Below are positions 55,580-64,000 of a stretch of 64,000 bases of DNA, in pieces. The notes beneath the pieces were generated by a model, which saw nothing but the letters and a program-made list of their open reading frames with translations, was not told where the DNA came from and did no database searches. Origin of the DNA: Butyrivibrio sp. (GTDB lineage Bacteria; Bacillota; Clostridia; Lachnospirales; Lachnospiraceae); the NCBI GenBank assembly GCA_015056585.1, contig SVFZ01000120.1, forward strand, positions 6,397 to 70,396. The letters run 5' to 3'. Both the position numbers and the translations under genes were made by a program. Every line of letters begins with the position of its first letter. The first letter of the stretch is position 1.

Positions 55580-58052
55580 TAAAAAACTATATAAGGGACA
55601 AAAGGGTTCTGTTTCGATAATGCTGGTTATAATAATGGTGCCGCTGCTTCTTTTATCCAGCTTTCTTGTGGATGTGATCAGGGTAAAGAGCTATAGTCAG
55701 GATGCTCTTATGGCGGCAGATAATTATGCGGAGGGATATCTTGCGGAGTACAATAACCTCCTAAAGCAGCTCTACGGTCTTTACGCCGTTTCAAATTCCA
55801 CCGCCGGGAAAGCGGAGATTCAAACCTATCGTAATGTTGTTCAAAACAAGACTTTCTCAGCAGAAGGCGGAAGCTTTACCCCTTACACAGGCCTGAATAT
55901 AGACTTTGATGTCAAAATGGTTTCTGATTCAACCTTAAGTCACAGGGAGGTCATGAGGACTCAGCTTTCTGACTTTATGAGATTTCGTATTGCTCAGATG
56001 CTTCTTATGGATGGAGAGGAAGTTATAGGCAATCAGTCTGATTCTAAGGAGACGACTAATATTGCCGACAAGGCAGAGATTCTGGATGCCAAGATGGAAT
56101 TTGACGAAAAAAATGCCGACTGCCTAAAAGATATTTTAACTCTCTATGATAAACTGGAAAAATTCCATGATCTGCAGGACCTGGACAATGACATGAAGAA
56201 GGCGCTGATTGATGGTGCCGATGAATTTGCACAGGTTGCTAAGACCCAGATTGAAGCGGAGAAAGCCAAGGAGGCTGAGGAATACCAAAAGTGGCAGAAG
56301 GAGAATGAGGGCAAGGCGGATAAAGACAAATCAGAATTCTCAGGGCTTAGTAAAGATGATAAGGCAAAGCTTCGAAAAGACAACGATGTAGAGACGAAGT
56401 TTGATGAAGCTATCGGAGGTATTCAGGATACTCAGAAGAAGTACAACGAAAAGATGGATGAGCTTTCAACTATTCTGAGCGATATAAAATCCTCCACTAA
56501 AACTGTTATTGATAAGCTTAAGGCCATGGAAAAGGCCAGGGACAAGCTATTTAAAAAGCTGGATGAATATAAAGGGACAGATACCAATGTTATCCAAAGC
56601 ATGAGAAATAACGCCAACAAGGCTCTTGAAGACTATGGCGCTTACGGAGGAAAAAGTTCCAGCGAGATATTAAAAGATCTTTCTGACAGGCTTGAAAATG
56701 ATATAGGCATTCCTGACAAGATAAATGACTATTTGAAGAAAGCCTATGAGAAACTAAATGATGATAAGAAAAAATTTGTTGATGCTGATATAGATGAGGT
56801 CCTGGACGGCAGCGCTTTTCAGCCTATAAAGGATATTCCCTGGGAGACAGTTGAAGCTACTATATCTACATCCACGGTATATCATGAAGCAGATAAGAAT
56901 CTTTACGAGAGACTTAAAAAGCTCCATGACGCTTATTCGGGAATGACCTCCGATGAAGCAGCTAAAAAGATAAAAGATGCTACCGATAAGCAAAATGAAG
57001 CGGAAAAGAAACTAGAGGAGTTGATGAAGGGCGATAAGCCTGACAAGAAGGCCAGAGATATCCCTAAAAGTCTGGGGAGTAGTTTTGGGGATGATGAAGA
57101 TTTTGCTCTCAGCCTTGGCCTTGGAAGTATGATAAAGGGGCTTATTAAAAATGGTTCTTCATTGTTTAAAACTTATGATGAAGGCGCTAAAGGATGGGGG
57201 AAAGCCCAAATCAGCAGGGTTATAATTCCGTACTATGACTTTGGAATGTTCACCTGTAGAACGACAGGCAAGAAACTGGAAAAGAATCAGCAGAATATAA
57301 GTCTTACGGGTCTTGTGCAAGATGGCAGCAATCATTGGATGTACGGAGCTGAAATAGAATATATCCTGTGTAATCATAAGAAGGCTCAGGCAAACTTAAA
57401 TGAAATGCGAAACAGGATAATCGTTGCAAGGCTCATACTAAACTATTTTGCTTCATACAGTGTAAGTCCTGTTAATGCTGTTATCCAAGGTTTGGCCACA
57501 GCTGCAGCTGCCCTAACTTTAGGAGCAGGATACGCCATTGTGGATCAGGGGCTCAGGATTGCTGTAGCCGTCGCAGAAACTGTTATGGACTGGGATATTC
57601 TTACTGATGGGGATAAGATATGCTTTGTTAAAACCTCCATAAAGGAGATGAGTGCTATTAGTGAGCTTGGGAAGCTTCTTGGCAAGGATTGGAGCGCCAG
57701 CAAATCCGAGAAGAATGGCATAAAATGGTTCTCTTACATAAAAATATGCAAGGTATTTATGTACGTCTTTTTAGACCCGGATACTATAGTTGACAGAACA
57801 GCCAATCTCATTATGGTGAATTCCAATTATATCATTATGGGAGAAAATGCCTTTAAAAACATTAGTGGTAAGGGTGCTCTTAAGATCAATTTTGATACTT
57901 CCTATACAGCTGTCGAAGTTACCGCAAAAGTAAACTCCAGGAATGTGGTTATGAATACAGGCTGGCAGAGATGGGTTTCTCCGGGTACGAGCACTGCGAT
58001 AAACAATATTTTCGGAAGAGAGTATAGATATACGGTTATAAGAGGGTATTGA
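55563..58052 (+). CDS. Large TadG-like (DUF5702-type) pseudopilin with long coiled coil
   Basis: QKG|SVSIMLVIIMVPLL; LYGLYA; AEIEYIL; D/E/K-rich helical middle. Confidence 0.7.
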   Translation: MVSIFNKKLYKGQKGSVSIMLVIIMVPLLLLSSFLVDVIRVKSYSQDALMAADNYAEGYLAEYNNLLKQLYGLYAVSNSTAGKAEIQTYRNVVQNKTFSAEGGSFTPYTGLNIDFDVKMVSDSTLSHREVMRTQLSDFMRFRIAQMLLMDGEEVIGNQSDSKETTNIADKAEILDAKMEFDEKNADCLKDILTLYDKLEKFHDLQDLDNDMKKALIDGADEFAQVAKTQIEAEKAKEAEEYQKWQKENEGKADKDKSEFSGLSKDDKAKLRKDNDVETKFDEAIGGIQDTQKKYNEKMDELSTILSDIKSSTKTVIDKLKAMEKARDKLFKKLDEYKGTDTNVIQSMRNNANKALEDYGAYGGKSSSEILKDLSDRLENDIGIPDKINDYLKKAYEKLNDDKKKFVDADIDEVLDGSAFQPIKDIPWETVEATISTSTVYHEADKNLYERLKKLHDAYSGMTSDEAAKKIKDATDKQNEAEKKLEELMKGDKPDKKARDIPKSLGSSFGDDEDFALSLGLGSMIKGLIKNGSSLFKTYDEGAKGWGKAQISRVIIPYYDFGMFTCRTTGKKLEKNQQNISLTGLVQDGSNHWMYGAEIEYILCNHKKAQANLNEMRNRIIVARLILNYFASYSVSPVNAVIQGLATAAAALTLGAGYAIVDQGLRIAVAVAETVMDWDILTDGDKICFVKTSIKEMSAISELGKLLGKDWSASKSEKNGIKWFSYIKICKVFMYVFLDPDTIVDRTANLIMVNSNYIIMGENAFKNISGKGALKINFDTSYTAVEVTAKVNSRNVVMNTGWQRWVSPGTSTAINNIFGREYRYTVIRGY

Positions 58053-58053
58053 T

Positions 58054-58806
58054 TTGTTTAAAAAACTAAGGAAAACGGAAAGCGGTATGATGACCATTGA
58101 AGCCGTAATTTCACTTATCGGCTTTACACTGGCGGTTGTTGCCGTAATCAATTTCATGAATATTTTTGCTCTTCATATGAAGGTGCAGTATGCCCTTAAT
58201 CAGGCGGCCCATGAGGTGGCAGCCATGTCTTACCCCTACGTTCTCATAAACGGAAAGGCTGCTTCAAGAAAGCTTGCAAAAGATGGTGGGAAGTACGCAA
58301 AGCCTTACAAAGAAGGCTGGAGTTCACTGGAGGATATCATGAGCATTTTTTCCGGGAAAAAACCCAGTGATGTTTCCGGAGATTTTAACAATATCGGAGA
58401 AATGCTCAAGAACCCTCAGAACATCTTAAAGGCCATGATCCTTTATGGAGCAAATGCAGGTCTTGACTATGTTAAGGGGCAGGTTGGAAGACTATTTGCC
58501 AATATAACTGTGGAAAAATATCTGGCGGAGTACGATTCTTCGGGGAAACAGACAGTTTCAGCCGATGAATATCTTAAGAGGAGAGGCGTGGTAAAGGGTT
58601 ATGACGGCATGACCTTTAATGGCTCGGAAATGTACAGCGGAGATAGCAACTATATAGTATTCAAAGCCACCTATGAAGTGGATATGAAGCTTTTCATGCC
58701 TCTGGTAAAAAATCCTACCCTCAAGGTAGTTCAATACGGAAGTGCCATGGGCTGGCTTGATGGCGACGGTCTGTACAGATCTGATTTCCCGACGACAAGC
58801 TATTGA
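58054..58806 (+). CDS. TadE-like minor pilin
   Basis: ESG|MMTIEAVISL with Glu+5; TTG start. Confidence 0.75.
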   Translation: MFKKLRKTESGMMTIEAVISLIGFTLAVVAVINFMNIFALHMKVQYALNQAAHEVAAMSYPYVLINGKAASRKLAKDGGKYAKPYKEGWSSLEDIMSIFSGKKPSDVSGDFNNIGEMLKNPQNILKAMILYGANAGLDYVKGQVGRLFANITVEKYLAEYDSSGKQTVSADEYLKRRGVVKGYDGMTFNGSEMYSGDSNYIVFKATYEVDMKLFMPLVKNPTLKVVQYGSAMGWLDGDGLYRSDFPTTSY

Positions 58807-58858
58807 TGGAGAAAAAATATTTGCTACTGGAACTATTTAGACTTTAAAAGGAGAAGTT

Positions 58859-59515
58859 ATGGAAATAGTACTTGCAATTATGGGGGGAATTATAGTTTTG
58901 GTGCTGGCAGTTTTAGCAGTTTTTCTTCTAAATCAGCTGGCAGGAATAAACCTTGAAACAAAAGCAACTGTTTTTGTTAAATCTAAAAGTGCATATATTT
59001 TTTGTGCTATAGCGGCTGTGAGCGGTTTTGTGCACTACTATATAGGGCGGGACTATCATGAGCCAGTGGAGTTTGTGATGGATTTTATAATCCTTGCAGC
59101 TATGGCAGGACTTTCTTTTTCCGACTGCGCAAACAGAAAGATTCCCAACAGGTTTCTTTTGGGACTTTTAATTGCCTGGATCGTAATAAATTGCGGATAC
59201 TGCCTTTATGATATGGAAAGTGGCTTTAGTCTTATTATTGGAGGCTTTAGCGGTGCTCTAATATCCGGTGCTGTTTTCCTTCTATGCTACATCATAGTAA
59301 GAGGGCAGCTCGGAGCCGGAGATGTGAAGATGGCGGCAATTCTTGGACTTTACCTTATGGGAGACAGGATAGTTACCGCACTGATATTCGGAATATTTAT
59401 AAGCGCCATCTATGCGCTGGTTATGCTGATTGCAAAAAAGATGACTTTTAAGGACACGATGCCTATGGCGCCATTTCTTTTTATAGGAACAGTAATTGTT
59501 GTTGTACTTAGCTGA
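58859..59515 (+). CDS. A24 prepilin peptidase (TadV/CpaA type)
   Basis: SFSDCANRKIPN and GAGDVKM catalytic Asp motifs; PMAPFL. Confidence 0.88.
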   Translation: MEIVLAIMGGIIVLVLAVLAVFLLNQLAGINLETKATVFVKSKSAYIFCAIAAVSGFVHYYIGRDYHEPVEFVMDFIILAAMAGLSFSDCANRKIPNRFLLGLLIAWIVINCGYCLYDMESGFSLIIGGFSGALISGAVFLLCYIIVRGQLGAGDVKMAAILGLYLMGDRIVTALIFGIFISAIYALVMLIAKKMTFKDTMPMAPFLFIGTVIVVVLS

Positions 59516-59542
59516 TCACTTATGTTTGTAACGGAGAAGGTT

Positions 59543-60919
59543 ATGAAGAAACGGAAAGTAATAATTTCAGTAGTCAGTGTACTTGTCATAATACTGGTAT
59601 GGTTTGGAACCGTAGCAGCTCTTAATGATAAGAAGGATGTGATGAATCAGGCAGAGCTGGTAAGGAAAGCCAATGAATTCAGAGATAAGGGATTGTATGT
59701 CAGATCCTATCCACTCTACGAAGAGGCATTGAGTATCAATACTGAAAATAACAGACAGGTCATGGAAGAACTTCTTAGTGCTTACTATTCGGATGGAAGA
59801 TACGGGGATTATACAATTTATATAGATAATCTTCCCATGACAGGAGACAAACCCTCGCCGGACAATTATGTTAAGTATGCAACAATACTAAATAGGCAGG
59901 GAGATGTTACTAAGAGCATTGAAAAAGCCTTCGAGGGACTTGCCGAATATCCGGAATATACGCCTTTAGAGGACTTTATCCTGGAATACAGATATTCCTT
60001 CTATGTATACAAAGTTGAAGCTACAGAGGCCGGGAATTTCGTGAACAAAAGCCTTGACATCCCTGTTATTAATACGAATGGGGAGTGGGAGTTTTGCAGT
60101 GCTGACGGTTACCTTTCCTATGATACCGGTTATGAGGCCATAAGAGAGTATTCGGCAAAAGGATTCTGTCCGGTTAAGAAAGATGGTCAGTGGATCATAA
60201 TAGATTCTCGATCCAATAAGTACGCGATAGATGAAACCGGTGTTGATGACGTTTTTGCAACGGATGAGGAATATATCGTGGCGGAAAAGGACGGGAAGAT
60301 GGGTTACTACGATATAGACTTTAACCTCATCGGGGATCAGACAATACATGATGAACTATCCTTAGCTTCGAATGATTACGTAATAGCAGCAAGGGACGGA
60401 ACCAAATGGATGATCCTCAATACTGCTTTTGAAAGGGTAAACGACACCGATTATGAAGATATAGCCATAAATTACAGTCATTTCCCAAGCGAGGGAGGTG
60501 CCATGATGCTAAAAGAAAATGGGAAATGGTATCTGTGTGATATCACAGGAAAGCATATCAGTGAAGAAGGCTTTGCAGATGCCAAAGCCCCGGAAGAAGC
60601 AGGAGCTCTTATAGCAGTTGCCAATGAAGAAGGCAGGTGGGGCTTCATTGATACCACAGGGAAACTTGTCATTGATTACAAATATGAGGACGCACAGTCC
60701 TTTAGCTGTGGCCTTGGAGCTGTCATGGAATATGATGAATGGGACTATATAGATTCAAGTGACACAGTCAGGATAAAGCTTGGAGTTGAAGAACTCAGAC
60801 CATTTCATGATGGTGTCGCAGTTGCAAAAAACGGCGGGAAGATTCTTATTATAAACCTGTATTTTACTGAAAAAGACATTGAAGATGCGAAAGCGGGGGC
60901 AAAAAATGAAGACGTATAA
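59543..60919 (+). CDS. Membrane-anchored WG-repeat protein with N-terminal TPR-like helices
   Basis: N-terminal TM; repeats such as GRWGFIDTTGKLVIDYKYEDAQSFSCGLGAV. Confidence 0.8.
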   Translation: MKKRKVIISVVSVLVIILVWFGTVAALNDKKDVMNQAELVRKANEFRDKGLYVRSYPLYEEALSINTENNRQVMEELLSAYYSDGRYGDYTIYIDNLPMTGDKPSPDNYVKYATILNRQGDVTKSIEKAFEGLAEYPEYTPLEDFILEYRYSFYVYKVEATEAGNFVNKSLDIPVINTNGEWEFCSADGYLSYDTGYEAIREYSAKGFCPVKKDGQWIIIDSRSNKYAIDETGVDDVFATDEEYIVAEKDGKMGYYDIDFNLIGDQTIHDELSLASNDYVIAARDGTKWMILNTAFERVNDTDYEDIAINYSHFPSEGGAMMLKENGKWYLCDITGKHISEEGFADAKAPEEAGALIAVANEEGRWGFIDTTGKLVIDYKYEDAQSFSCGLGAVMEYDEWDYIDSSDTVRIKLGVEELRPFHDGVAVAKNGGKILIINLYFTEKDIEDAKAGAKNEDV

Positions 60920-62363
60920 TTGTAATTATGTAAAGGACATTGAAGGCGAGTATCTGGATGTTGTTTTAAAAAATCTTACGAAGGAAGATGAAGTATCTAT
61001 CAAAGTTCTGGCAGAGGACACACCGGCATTCATGTTGCCCTTCTCGAGTTTTCGCCATGACGATGAGTACAGACTTCACTACACAACCAGTGCTCACGTG
61101 GCTCTGACCTACAGACTGGAAGACTTTTTCTCCACAAGAGAAGACTACATCAATTTAGGACTTCAGATAGTGGCACCATTTTCCAAGGTAATCGACTGGA
61201 TGACGGATTACCACAGTCTTGTTGTAAGCCCTGATTATGTATTCCAGAATAAGAAAACCGGAAAGATTTATTATGTGGTTGCACCTTGTCAGGAGTATAA
61301 ATCCACAGATGAGGAAATCATAGAGTTCTTAAAGGTGGTGCTGACTGCTCCAAGAACAGACGACTCGGCTGCTCCTTTCCAGAATACAATTTTCAGGTAT
61401 TTCAATGAGGACAATGTAAACTTTGAGGAACTCTATCAGCTCTTTGCTGAGGAAGGGGCAAAACTTGAGGGAACACCTACTGTAAATAAGGCTGTAGCTC
61501 CAAGAGTAACAGAGGCTCCAAGACCCGTCGGTGTAAATACTGCTATGCCGGCGCAGCCTGTCACAGCTCCTGCAAAGCAAGCGGAAACTCCCGTAAGGAC
61601 ACCTTCTTCAAATCACATCTTTGCGGATGCAATTAAGCCGGTAAGTGGACCGTCCTTCCTTAACACAAATCCTATGGATGCCAGAAAGGAAAACAAGGGC
61701 GGATCTTTTGCAGATAAGCAGGCAGAGAAGGAGAGAAAAGAAGCGGAGAAGAAAGCCGAAAAGGAGAGAAAAGAAGCCGAGAAGCAGGCTGAGAAGGAAA
61801 GAAAGGCAGCTGAGAAGAAAGAAAAAGGCGGCGGATTATTTGCCGGCTTTGGAAAGAAAGCTGAAAAGGCAGTGGAAGCTCCTGCAAATCCGGAGCCTGC
61901 AACTACGCCTGCTGCATCGGAAGGCTTCGATCCATTTAGCGAGGAAGAGGTTCAGAAGAATATTGAAGATCATTCAGATGAGACTGTTTACGCAAGAGAT
62001 GCCCTTGGAGGTCTGACAATAGGCAACAGGCTTCGCCTTGTGGATTCACCACTTCCGGGAGCTCCTATAATGGTAGATCTCAATTTCGAGAAGCAGCACA
62101 TCATTATCGGAAGGCTTACAAATAACGGACCGGGATGTGACATCAGATTCCCTGATTCCTTCCAGAGTATAGGAAGACAGCATGCGTGGATAGAAAAGGA
62201 TGAAGCCGGACACTTCATGCTGGTGGATCTGGATTCTGCCAACGGTACTATGTTAAACGGCCATCAGCTGATTCCGAATCAGAAATACTCTTTAAGAGAT
62301 GGAGATGAGGTTGTATTTTCCAAGATCCAGCCGGTTAAGTACAAGGTTGAGATAAAAGAGTGA
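60906..62363 (+). CDS. DUF6382-type N-terminal domain + C-terminal FHA domain protein
   Basis: IIGR...SIGRQHAWI...LVDLDSANGTMLNG FHA motifs; AEKERKEAEK repeats. Confidence 0.85.
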   Translation: MKTYNCNYVKDIEGEYLDVVLKNLTKEDEVSIKVLAEDTPAFMLPFSSFRHDDEYRLHYTTSAHVALTYRLEDFFSTREDYINLGLQIVAPFSKVIDWMTDYHSLVVSPDYVFQNKKTGKIYYVVAPCQEYKSTDEEIIEFLKVVLTAPRTDDSAAPFQNTIFRYFNEDNVNFEELYQLFAEEGAKLEGTPTVNKAVAPRVTEAPRPVGVNTAMPAQPVTAPAKQAETPVRTPSSNHIFADAIKPVSGPSFLNTNPMDARKENKGGSFADKQAEKERKEAEKKAEKERKEAEKQAEKERKAAEKKEKGGGLFAGFGKKAEKAVEAPANPEPATTPAASEGFDPFSEEEVQKNIEDHSDETVYARDALGGLTIGNRLRLVDSPLPGAPIMVDLNFEKQHIIIGRLTNNGPGCDIRFPDSFQSIGRQHAWIEKDEAGHFMLVDLDSANGTMLNGHQLIPNQKYSLRDGDEVVFSKIQPVKYKVEIKE

Positions 62364-62375
62364 AAAACAATAAAA

Positions 62376-62402
62376 ACGCCGGTTCATTAAAAGAACCGGC
62401 GT
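62376..62402. terminator. Probable bidirectional terminator
   Basis: ACGCCGGTTC / GAACCGGCGT between convergent genes, A run on the left. Confidence 0.7.
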
Positions 62403-62407
62403 GAAGA

Positions 62408-62878
62408 TTATAGATTATGGATAAGAAACAAAAATCCTATGATGGCAAAGAGTAGCAGATTTACCAGATATGATATCAAAAGCTCTTTTACCAGAGTGGG
62501 TTTCTTGTACGTAGTCCTGATGACAGCTGCGTGCTTTAGGATTTCATAGAAGATGATATCTATGATTAAGGCCATAGCTGAAAAATTAAGGACTGTTGAG
62601 ACTACGGACATAAAAATAAAGACCACAAGTTCCAGGATAAAGTTCCCTTTTGGAATAGGAGTTTTACAGTATCTGCATTTTCCTCCAAGGAAGATGAATG
62701 CAAAAATCGGCACCTGATCTAAAAGGGTAAGCTCATGACCGCAGGAAGGACAGTAACATTTGGAGTCACTGACATTTTTTTCCTGCTGCTGCGAGAGCCT
62801 GAGGATATCTGTGGTGGCGTAGGCTCCAAGAAAATAGAAGGCTATATAGGGTGCTATAAAAGCTAATATATTTTTCAT
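62408..62878 (-). CDS. Stand-alone PilD N-terminal (Zn-binding, DiS-P-DiS) domain protein
   Basis: [12 protein letters not shown]...[21 protein letters not shown]; no C-terminal peptidase Asp motifs. Confidence 0.8.
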   Translation of the reverse strand: MKNILAFIAPYIAFYFLGAYATTDILRLSQQQEKNVSDSKCYCPSCGHELTLLDQVPIFAFIFLGGKCRYCKTPIPKGNFILELVVFIFMSVVSTVLNFSAMALIIDIIFYEILKHAAVIRTTYKKPTLVKELLISYLVNLLLFAIIGFLFLIHNL

Positions 62879-62884
62879 AACTCA

Positions 62885-62913
62885 ATTATAAGATTACAGC
62901 TTTGTCAGGTCAA
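62885..62913 (-). promoter_or_regulatory. Sigma-A promoter predicting a leaderless transcript
   Basis: TTGACC-17-TATAAT, 6 nt, then ATG at 62878; no Shine-Dalgarno. Confidence 0.65.
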
Positions 62914-62953
62914 AAAATTTTTACATGCAGAGAGTTTTTTCGGGAGACGAAAA

Positions 62954-64000
62954 ATGAGAAGATTAAGGAAATTTTTACCGGCAGTTCTTTCAATAATTCT
63001 TATGCTTCAGGGGGCTTTATTTGCTTCTGTGCCAGTAAATGCGGAAGGAGCGATGGAGATCCTTTCCACTTACTATGTGGATGAGACAAACAATCAGCGA
63101 ATATATCTTTTAAATTCAAATGGCATTGAGGACATAAAATCGCTGGAGCTGGCAGGAGAGGAAATAACAGATTACAGCTTCCTTAGCGCTCTTGAGGCCG
63201 GTGAAAATATCAGAACCATAGTCATGGTGGATAATTCAATTTCCATTAAAAAGCCAAAGAGAACCAGGTTTAACAGTATTGTTAATACTCTGATCGATGA
63301 AATGGCAGAAAATGAAATGATCCGGATAGCCACATTCTCTGAAGAAATCAACTACCTGACAGAGTTTACAACGGATAAAGAGGTGCTGAAAGCGGCTATT
63401 AACGGCATTTCTTACTACGATCAGGAGACCTACTTAACTGATGTTTTATACAGTATCCTTACCAGTGGAGAGATGGATGACTCTGTATTTAACAGGGTTA
63501 TCGTATTTACCGATGGCGTGGACAATAAGCCAAACGGAGTGGGGAGAGAGGTACTTTATGAAGAGATGGCCAATCACCCCCTTCATGTATATTCTGTAGG
63601 TGCCAATGGCGCTGCTCCTGAAAACGAGGCCTATATACAGGGGCTTTTTGATCTTTCAAAGAATACAAATGCAGAGCATTTTCTTTTAGATGATATCGAA
63701 GATGACTCCATAATAACCGAGTCGGTAAAAGAGGATGCGAATTATAAGGTAATAAGTTTTACGCCGCCTTCCGCTGCCATGACAGGTAAAAGTGTCAGCG
63801 GAAAGATAATTGGAGCCGGATCCCAGGAGGGAGTAGAGCTGGAGTATAGCGTCATTCTTCCCTATGTAGAGCCTGAGCCTGAACCGGAACCTGAGCCTGA
63901 ACCCGAGCCTGTTCCGGAACCTGAACCGGAGCCCGAGCCTGTTCCTGAGCCGGAACCGGAGCCTGAACCTGAACCCGAACCTGCGCCTAAGTCTTCCATC
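62954..64000 (+). CDS. Secreted VWA-domain protein with Pro-Glu linker (runs off right edge; not in ORF track)
   Basis: Signal peptide, MIDAS DNSIS, ATFS, VFTDG; (EP)n tract; 349 codons open. Confidence 0.85.
   Translation, partial: MRRLRKFLPAVLSIILMLQGALFASVPVNAEGAMEILSTYYVDETNNQRIYLLNSNGIEDIKSLELAGEEITDYSFLSALEAGENIRTIVMVDNSISIKKPKRTRFNSIVNTLIDEMAENEMIRIATFSEEINYLTEFTTDKEVLKAAINGISYYDQETYLTDVLYSILTSGEMDDSVFNRVIVFTDGVDNKPNGVGREVLYEEMANHPLHVYSVGANGAAPENEAYIQGLFDLSKNTNAEHFLLDDIEDDSIITESVKEDANYKVISFTPPSAAMTGKSVSGKIIGAGSQEGVELEYSVILPYVEPEPEPEPEPEPEPVPEPEPEPEPVPEPEPEPEPEPEPAPKSSI
63869..63990 (+). repeat. GA(A/G)CC(N) hexamer repeat encoding (Glu-Pro)n linker
   Basis: Seen directly. Confidence 0.9.

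Noticed and set aside
625-62242. Numerous antisense or alternate-frame ORFs in the track (e.g. 625-1134, 2026-2853, 4309-4749, 28145-28669, 40742-41365, 49198-49449)
   Set aside because: Shadows of well-supported genes, with no RBS or family motifs

Overview
Chromosomal window from an anaerobic Firmicute, most likely a Butyrivibrio-like rumen Lachnospiraceae (inferred from gene content: cmk-ispH-rpsA, rnfCDGEAB, GH11-CBM36-CBM36-CE4 xylanase, clostridial-type Tad locus). Layout: housekeeping genes (0.5-6.4 kb); an accessory, visibly AT-richer surface-glycan region with PD-(D/E)XK nuclease-family genes, XRE regulators and wzm/wzt (6.4-24.9 kb); cheR, a YprB-like nuclease and the Rnf operon (25-32.6 kb); a Crp/Fnr-linked nitrogenase-like (group IV) reductase plus metal-chelate ABC importer (32.6-39.8 kb); a xylanase, an EetA/EetB-like pair, a truncated Rpn gene, and an M13 peptidase + ABC exporter (40-48.9 kb); and a Tad/Flp pilus locus carrying a Ser/Thr kinase, FHA, WG-repeat and VWA proteins (49.2 kb to end). 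No rRNA, tRNA, CRISPR array or integrase was recognised. Best candidates for undescribed biology: (1) the NifH/D/K-like + FecCD-type importer operon beside rnf; (2) the kinase/FHA-equipped Tad pilus with an archaeal-looking pilin; (3) a glycan locus with a Wzt-acyltransferase fusion, a WavE-ribofuranosyltransferase fusion and a putative RNA switch before wzm; (4) an identical activator-box promoter shared by the Tad operon and a lipoprotein gene 49 kb away. All family assignments come from motif recognition by eye, not database searches.
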